From Thermoanaerobaculia bacterium (GTDB lineage Bacteria > Acidobacteriota > Thermoanaerobaculia > Multivoradales > JAIOJS01): DNA of 39,977 nt. Position 1 is the stretch's first letter. The number at the start of each line of letters is the position of its first letter. Made by a program: the position numbers and the translations under genes. Under the pieces are notes generated by a model, which was not told the origin of the DNA, did no database searches, and was given only the letters and a program-made list of their open reading frames with translations. The stretch lies in NCBI GenBank assembly GCA_035546355.1, contig DATKEH010000131.1, positions 1 through 39,977 of the forward strand, given 5' to 3'. Positions 35,028 to 39,977 of this stretch are shown piece after piece.

Positions 35028-35057
35028 ATTGTAGGGCGGCCGGGTCGAGGCTGTCAA
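35028..35057 (-). promoter_or_regulatory. Strong sigma-70-like promoter for the HTH-TPR-secreted protein operon
   Basis: The minus strand reads TTGACA (35057..35052), an 18-nt spacer, then TACAAT (35033..35028). It is 28-43 nt upstream of the candidate start codons. Confidence 0.55.
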
Positions 35058-35092
35058 CGACTCCCGGTGGCGCCGGTGACGGGGGAGTGTCG

Positions 35093-35875
35093 GTGAGGCG
35101 CCTGTTCGGCCACACCTTTCTCTTGCGCGAGCTGATCCGCCGCGACTTCCAGGGCCGGTACGCCGGCTCCTTCCTGGGCTTCCTCTGGTCGTTCGTCCAG
35201 CCGCTCTGGCAGCTGCTGCTCTTCTCCTTCGTCTTCTCGACGGTGATGGACATCCGGCCCACCGACTCGGGGACCGAGCGCTTCTGGGTCTTCCTCTTCT
35301 GCGGCCTGCTGCCCTGGCTGGCGGTCCAGGAGGGCATCACGCGCGGTGCCACAGCGGTCACCGACAACTCCGGCCTGGTCAAGAAGCTGCAGTTCCCATC
35401 TCAGGTACTGGTGGTGGCGGTGGTGCTGACGGCGCTGCTGCACGAGGCCATCGCCGCCGGCCTCTTCGTCGCCGCGCTGGGCCTGATCGGCGAGCTCTCC
35501 TGGTCGTCGTTGCCCTGGTTGCTGGTGGCGGTGCCGCTGCAGGTGGCGCTGGTGCTGGGGCTCGCCCTCGCCCTCGCCGCGACCCACGTGTTCTTCCGCG
35601 ACACGGTGCAGATCCTCGGCATGGTGATGGCGGCGTGGTTCTACCTGACGCCGATCGTCTACCCGCTGTCGATGGTGCCCGAGCCCTACGACGGCTGGAT
35701 CGCCGCCAACCCGCTGACCACCCTCGCCGGGCTCTACCGGCGCGCTTTTCTCGGCGGCACCACCGGCACCACGCCGGAGGCCATCGGGTGGCTGGCGGCG
35801 ACCGCGGTCGGGATCCTGGCCCTCGGCATCTGGCTGTTCCGCCGCCTGCGCCCGAGCTTCGTCGACGAGATCTAG
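35093..35875 (+). CDS. ABC-2 type transporter permease (Wzm/TagG/KpsM-like polysaccharide exporter component), 260 aa
   Basis: Frame of ORF 35015..35875. GTG 35093 is preceded by GGGGGAG. N-terminus LLRELIRRDFQGRYAGSFLGFLWSFVQPLWQLLLFSFVF. Six hydrophobic helices. No ATPase gene is adjacent. Confidence 0.8.
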   Translation: MRRLFGHTFLLRELIRRDFQGRYAGSFLGFLWSFVQPLWQLLLFSFVFSTVMDIRPTDSGTERFWVFLFCGLLPWLAVQEGITRGATAVTDNSGLVKKLQFPSQVLVVAVVLTALLHEAIAAGLFVAALGLIGELSWSSLPWLLVAVPLQVALVLGLALALAATHVFFRDTVQILGMVMAAWFYLTPIVYPLSMVPEPYDGWIAANPLTTLAGLYRRAFLGGTTGTTPEAIGWLAATAVGILALGIWLFRRLRPSFVDEI

Positions 35876-35886
35876 CTTAGCTACAG

Positions 35887-36930
35887 CTAGCCCCCCGCGC
35901 TCGCGTCGGCGGCTTCGGTGCCCTTCACCAGGTTTCCGGAGAGGGGGAGCTCGAAGCGGGGGACCACCTCGCTGTCGGTGTGCACCACCAGCTTGCCCTG
36001 GAACGGGCCCGGGGCGATGCGCTCGGGGTCGAACTCGAGCACGATGCGCCACTTCCAGCCCGCTTCGGTGGTCTCGACGGTGGCGCCGAGCCCCGGCACG
36101 CCGGTCTCCACCTTCTCGATCTGCAGCGGCTGGCTGCCGAAGCTGCGCAGGTTGTAGATCGACTTGCGGGGCTCGCTGAGCGAGAGGGTGCCGAACTCGC
36201 CCGAGGCGGGCTCGATGTACATCGCCGGGCGCACGAAGCCCGACACCGGGATCTCGACCACCGGTTGCCTGGGGTGGTCGGTATGGACGACGACGGCGCC
36301 GCTGAGGGCCCCCACCGGCGCGTCGCGCGCCAGCGTCGGGATCACCCGCCACTGGACCCCGGAGGCCTTCTCGACCCTTTCCCCCTCGGCGGCGGGGCGC
36401 ACCTCGATGCGGAACTGGGGCCCGGGGGTGTCGACCCGCAGCACTTCGAATGGCTGACCGTCGACGGAGAAGATGGTCTGACCGAGCGATCCCTCGGCCT
36501 CCCCCTGGGTGTAGATCCAGCGCGCGCTGCCGGGAGTCGCGTCGAGGTACCGGATCACCTCGGCGAGGATCGTCAACCGCAGCTTCGGCTGTTGCGGGTC
36601 GTTGGTCAGCACGGTGAGCCTGGCGCCGGTCTTGCCGTCCAGGGTGCGGGTGTCGAAGGTGGTGCGGATCTCGCCGCTGCCGCCGGCCGGGATGATCGGG
36701 TCGAACTCTGCCACCGTGCAGCCGCAGCTGGGGGTCACGGAGGTGATCTCGAGCGACGCCAGGCCCTCGTTGCGGAGCGCGAAGACGACGTCGACGCTCT
36801 CGCCCTTGGCGAGGGCCCCCAGGTCCCGCGTCGCTTCGGGGACGACGACCTTGGGGGAGGGAGCGGCCGCGGCGACGGGCAGCACCGCCGCCAGCTGCAT
36901 CCAGGCGATCGCGATCAGGGTCTGCTTCAT
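35887..36930 (-). CDS. Secreted DUF1573-domain protein (Ig-like/PapD-like repeats), 347 aa
   Basis: Frame of ORF 35887..37173. ATG at 36930..36928 is preceded by GAGGA. Signal peptide MKQTLIAIAWMQLAAVLPVAAAA. DUF1573 hallmark: DLGALAKGESVDVVFALRNEGLASLEITSVTPSCGCTVAEF. Confidence 0.75.
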   Translation of the reverse strand: MKQTLIAIAWMQLAAVLPVAAAAPSPKVVVPEATRDLGALAKGESVDVVFALRNEGLASLEITSVTPSCGCTVAEFDPIIPAGGSGEIRTTFDTRTLDGKTGARLTVLTNDPQQPKLRLTILAEVIRYLDATPGSARWIYTQGEAEGSLGQTIFSVDGQPFEVLRVDTPGPQFRIEVRPAAEGERVEKASGVQWRVIPTLARDAPVGALSGAVVVHTDHPRQPVVEIPVSGFVRPAMYIEPASGEFGTLSLSEPRKSIYNLRSFGSQPLQIEKVETGVPGLGATVETTEAGWKWRIVLEFDPERIAPGPFQGKLVVHTDSEVVPRFELPLSGNLVKGTEAADASAGG

Positions 36931-37175
36931 CGGGTCCTCACAGTCGTGCTCGGAGATGGTGGGTTCGCTACCGGGGCGAGAGCTCATACGTCTCACCGCG
37001 GCGAATCGCCCATGGGAATGGTGGAAGCGCCCGCCTGCCGGCTCGGGGCGGGACGCTATGCTAGCATCCCGCGTTCGCGGCGGCAGCCGGTCGCCGCTAC
37101 CCTCGCCGCCGCCCGCGAGCACGACCGGGCGCAACCCGCACAGACAGAGCACTGACAGAATCGAAGGGGACACCG

Positions 37176-38912
37176 ATGGCTCCGCAAACGGCTCCGCAGT
37201 CGCCTCGCCGCGCAGAATGCTCGACCGCCGACGGCCCTCTGGCCGGCTACCTCGCCGTCGCCCTGGTGGCCGCGGCCGTCATGGGTTGCGCGACGGCCTC
37301 CGGGCCGCAGCCGTCGGCCGACGCGAGCGAGACGGGCCAGGCGGCGCGAGCGCCGGCCACGCCCGGTGACGAGACGGCGGAGGCGGCGGGTGCCGCAGTC
37401 GCCGAAGAGGAGCGCGAGTGGCTGGTGGACGAGGAGGGCCGGGAGTACTACATCGTCGAGGCCCCCAAGCGCCCCGGCGAGTACCGCATGCGGGGCGAGG
37501 ACCGGGTCCACTTTCGCAACGGACCGATCGTCTACATCGCCGGCCAGGACGAGGACACCTTCTACGTCAAGATCTTCCGCGTCGACGAACGCCCCGCCGT
37601 CGCCAGGGAAGCAGCGCGCCCGCGGGGTGACGATCAGCGCCCCGAACCCGCCGTCGCCGCACCGCTCGAGATCGGCGTCGAGACGGTCGACCGGCTGCGC
37701 CTGGTGCCGATCGGCGCGGGCCTCCCGAGCCGTGGCCAGTGGCGCAACGGATTCGAGGTCGTCGACTTCGACGGCGATGGTCATCTCGACGTCGTGCACG
37801 GCCCGCCGCGCAAGGGCGGCAGCCAGCCGCGGATCTTCCTCGGCGACGGTGCGGGAGGGTTCCGGCCCTATGGCGGCAACCTGCCGCGCGCGCCGCTGGA
37901 CTACGGCGACGTCGCGGTGGCCGACTTCGACGGTGACGGCACCCTCGACCTCGCCTTCGCCTCCCATCTGCGCGGCTTCAAGGTGCTCGTGCAGTCGGGG
38001 GGGGGGTGGAAGGAGTGGAGCCGCGGCCTCGATTTCCGCGTCGCGGGAGGGGGGAACGTGCCTCCCGACTTCACCTCGCGGACGCTGAAGGCGGTCGACT
38101 GGGACGGCGACGGACGCATCGACCTGGTCACCCTCGGCGAAGGGCCGCGGCTGGCCATGCAGGGACGGAGGAACCGGCCGGAGTTCCACGACCAGGCCAC
38201 CGGGGTGCGGGTCTTCCTCAACAACGGCGACGGCAGCTGGAGCGTCCTCGACGGCCCCGCCGAGCAGCGCAACGTCTACGGCGACTCCGTCGCCGTCGGC
38301 GACCTCGACGGCGACGGTCGCCCGGACCTGATCCATTCGTCGCTGCAGCAGTGGGAGAAGCGGATCCTCGCCTTCTCCCGCGGCCGCGACCCCTGGGAGA
38401 CGGAGGTGGTGGAGGCGCTGCACGGCTGGCGGGTGGTCGGGGTGGATGCGGCCGATTACGACGGGGACGGCCGCGACGACTTCGCGGTCGGCGCCTACGG
38501 CAAGGAGGGCGATACGTGGCGCAGCGCCGTCCTCGTAGCCCTGCGCCGCGACGACGGATGGGACCTCCGGACCCTCGTCAGCTGGGAAGGGGCCCTGACC
38601 GTGCACGCCCTCGCCAGCGGCGACGTCGACGGCGACGGCCATCGCGACCTGGTGGCGCTCGTCGGCGACACCCCGGTGGTGATGCTGGGCGACGGCCGCG
38701 GCGGCTTCGTGGTCGAGGAGAGCCCGGAGGCGGCGCCCTCCGAGCGCGGCTGCAACGGCTCCCACCTGGCGCTGGCGGACCTCGACGGCGACGGGCGGGA
38801 CGAGATCGTCGTCAGCCTGGCCGGCGAGTCGGGTATCGAGCATGCCCTGATCGGCGTCGAGGACTGCCCCAGCGGCGGCGGCATCTACGCCTGGAAGGCG
38901 GAGCCGCGCTAG
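37176..38912 (+). CDS. FG-GAP/VCBS-repeat lipoprotein, predicted 7-bladed beta-propeller, 578 aa
   Basis: ATG 37176 is preceded by AAGGGGA. Lipobox AAAVMGC. Seven D-x-D-G-D-G-x-x-D motifs: FDGDGHLD, FDGDGTLD, WDGDGRID, LDGDGRPD, YDGDGRDD, VDGDGHRD, LDGDGRDE. Confidence 0.85.
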   Translation: MAPQTAPQSPRRAECSTADGPLAGYLAVALVAAAVMGCATASGPQPSADASETGQAARAPATPGDETAEAAGAAVAEEEREWLVDEEGREYYIVEAPKRPGEYRMRGEDRVHFRNGPIVYIAGQDEDTFYVKIFRVDERPAVAREAARPRGDDQRPEPAVAAPLEIGVETVDRLRLVPIGAGLPSRGQWRNGFEVVDFDGDGHLDVVHGPPRKGGSQPRIFLGDGAGGFRPYGGNLPRAPLDYGDVAVADFDGDGTLDLAFASHLRGFKVLVQSGGGWKEWSRGLDFRVAGGGNVPPDFTSRTLKAVDWDGDGRIDLVTLGEGPRLAMQGRRNRPEFHDQATGVRVFLNNGDGSWSVLDGPAEQRNVYGDSVAVGDLDGDGRPDLIHSSLQQWEKRILAFSRGRDPWETEVVEALHGWRVVGVDAADYDGDGRDDFAVGAYGKEGDTWRSAVLVALRRDDGWDLRTLVSWEGALTVHALASGDVDGDGHRDLVALVGDTPVVMLGDGRGGFVVEESPEAAPSERGCNGSHLALADLDGDGRDEIVVSLAGESGIEHALIGVEDCPSGGGIYAWKAEPR

Positions 38913-38914
38913 GC

Positions 38915-38936
38915 GTGTGCGGTTCGCCGCGCACAC
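38915..38936 (+). terminator. Hairpin immediately after the FG-GAP gene stop (no U-tract)
   Basis: GTGTGCG (38915..38921) pairs with CGCACAC (38930..38936) around an 8-nt loop. It starts 3 nt after the stop codon. Confidence 0.3.
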
Positions 38937-39070
38937 TCCGGGGCGAGGGCCCTGCGGCGGGGCCTCGGCGGGCCGTTCGCACGCGCGGCGAGAGGGTAGG
39001 ACCCCAAGGGTTGCCGCCACGGTCCCGGTTGTGCGAAGATCGGCGCTGCGAAAGCGCCGGCCGCGCCCGC

Positions 39071-39100
39071 TTGACTTCGCAGCGGCCGTTTGCTTATAGT
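39071..39100 (+). promoter_or_regulatory. Strong sigma-70-like promoter
   Basis: TTGACT (39071..39076), an 18-nt spacer, then TATAGT (39095..39100). It lies in a locally AT-richer intergenic region about 210 nt upstream of ATG 39310. Confidence 0.55.
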
Positions 39101-39133
39101 GCAGGAGCATATCGAGGACCTGTGAATCGTGCG

Positions 39134-39166
39134 GAGGCGCCTGGGCAAACGGCCAGGCCTCGTTTT
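39134..39166 (+). terminator. Terminator/attenuator-like hairpin within the leader
   Basis: GAGGC(gc)CTGG pairs with CCAGGCCTC (9 bp, 2-nt bulge, 8-nt loop GCAAACGG), followed by GTTTTC. It sits about 30-60 nt downstream of the predicted start site. Confidence 0.4.
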
Positions 39167-39309
39167 CAAGGACCATCGGTACCACACTCTTTCAACTGGA
39201 GGTGATGTTCTTCGCGAGGAGAGGACGGATTCGGGTCGGTAACCGACTGGGTGCCCGGGCCGCGAGGGCCAGGCACCGGCAAACATGCTGATCAAGGAGA
39301 TTGTCTGAA

Positions 39310-39977
39310 ATGAAGAGAACCGTACTTTGCCTGGCTCTCGCCATGCTGCTCGCCCTGGGCGGGCAGGCGATCGCGCAGGCCGGTTTGTGCACCATCGACC
39401 AGGTGCCGGCGGCGACGATGCTGCTGCCCTACTTCGAGGTCGACCTGGCCTGCGACGGGACGGGGATCACCACCCTGTTCTCGGTCAACAACGCGTCGGC
39501 CGCGGCGGCCGTCGCCCACGTGGTGTTCTGGACCGACCTGTCGGTCCCCACCCTCGACTTCGACATCTACCTCACGGGCTTCGACGTGCAGACCGTCAAC
39601 CTGCGCGACGTGTTCTGCGACGGCAAGATCCCGGTCACGGCCGACCAGAGCCAGGACACCGGCACGGACTCGATCAGCCCGCAGGGCATCTGGTCCGAGG
39701 ACATCAGCTTCCCCGGGGCCTTCGGCCCGTGCGGCAACGTCTACCCGAGCCCGGCGCTGAACCAGACCTACCTGACCAACCACCTGCGGTCGATCCACAC
39801 CGGTGGCCGGTCGTCCCTCTACGCCGCGTGCGGCGGCGAGGTGTTCGGCGACAACCTCGCCCGGGGCTACATCACCATCGACAACGCCCTCCGCTGCAGC
39901 CTGCTGTTCCCGTCCGACGAGGGCTACTTCGCGGGCGAGGAGGGCGTGGCCAGCAACGTCAACCAGCTGTGGGGCGA
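39310..39977 (+). CDS. Secreted Cys-containing hypothetical protein, N-terminal 222 codons (open at the window end)
   Basis: Not in the ORF track because there is no stop in the window. ATG 39310 is preceded by AAGGAG. Translation: MKRTVLCLALAMLLALGGQAIAQAGLCTIDQVPAATMLLPYFEVDLACDGTGITTLFSVNNASAAAAVAHVVFWTDLSVPTLDFDIYLTGFDVQTVNLRDVFCDGK... High GC3 coding pattern and a clear signal peptide (AIAQA). Confidence 0.7.
   Translation, partial: MKRTVLCLALAMLLALGGQAIAQAGLCTIDQVPAATMLLPYFEVDLACDGTGITTLFSVNNASAAAAVAHVVFWTDLSVPTLDFDIYLTGFDVQTVNLRDVFCDGKIPVTADQSQDTGTDSISPQGIWSEDISFPGAFGPCGNVYPSPALNQTYLTNHLRSIHTGGRSSLYAACGGEVFGDNLARGYITIDNALRCSLLFPSDEGYFAGEEGVASNVNQLWG

Noticed and set aside
39131-39166. 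Resemblance of GGGCAAACGGCC to the GGCAAAC core of the c-di-GMP-I (GEMM) riboswitch
   Set aside because: Only this short string matches. I cannot find the second hairpin, the GNRA tetraloop/receptor pair or the ACGCAAAGC element, so I do not call a known riboswitch class.
37056-39185. 709-aa ORF on the - strand antisense to the FG-GAP gene
   Set aside because: It has no motifs and a biased composition. The + frame carries seven regular DxDGDG repeats, a lipobox and a good SD.
39205-39291. The 28-codon uORF as a genuine small protein gene
   Set aside because: SD-to-ATG spacing is only 2 nt, and its codon usage (AGG, AGA, GGA, ATT, CGA, CAA, ACA) is atypical for this genome. I kept it only as a possible regulatory leader element within the leader finding.

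Overview
This is a very GC-rich bacterial chromosomal segment (around 70% or more by eye, not computed). Its gene content is Gram-negative in type: ADP-heptose/LPS genes, outer-membrane beta-barrels, lipoproteins and a type IV pilus ATPase. It loosely resembles Acidobacteriota- or Myxococcota-like lineages, but I cannot assign taxonomy without a search. I can support 38 protein-coding genes, two of them truncated by the window edges, plus several promoter, terminator and repeat signals. I saw no rRNA, tRNA, CRISPR array, transposase, integrase or phage gene. The many long Arg/Gly/Pro-rich ORFs in the track are antisense or out-of-frame artefacts of the high GC content. Positions 1-27 kb are mostly housekeeping. 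They hold rsmI, a SurA-like chaperone, an Slt70-like protein, murA, prmC, prfA, rpmE, M19 and M14 peptidases, a sigma-54-dependent two-component system, comF, pilB, hldA/hldC with a heptosyltransferase, hemF, and the F0 genes atpZ-I-B-E. Positions 27-40 kb are regulatory and envelope-related. They hold an ECF sigma, an RsrA-like anti-sigma and a thioredoxin-fold protein, then an M23 peptidase, a GHMP kinase and a DnaJ-like protein. After that come an XRE-HTH/TPR/secreted-protein operon, an orphan ABC-2 permease, a DUF1573 protein, an FG-GAP lipoprotein and an unrecognised secreted protein behind a long structured leader. The observations most worth follow-up are: (1) a translationally coupled split HTH + TPR + secreted repeat-protein operon, RNPP-like in logic; (2) two sigma-54-type promoters, one feeding the NtrC-type two-component operon itself and one directly upstream of the ECF sigma/anti-sigma operon, which would be a sigma cascade; (3) a strong promoter, attenuator-like hairpin, uORF and structured leader before the last gene; (4) several degenerate active sites (Slt Glu to Ala, thioredoxin CxxC to SxxC) and a prmC with no canonical start codon. 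All family calls come from motif recognition by eye. No database search was run.
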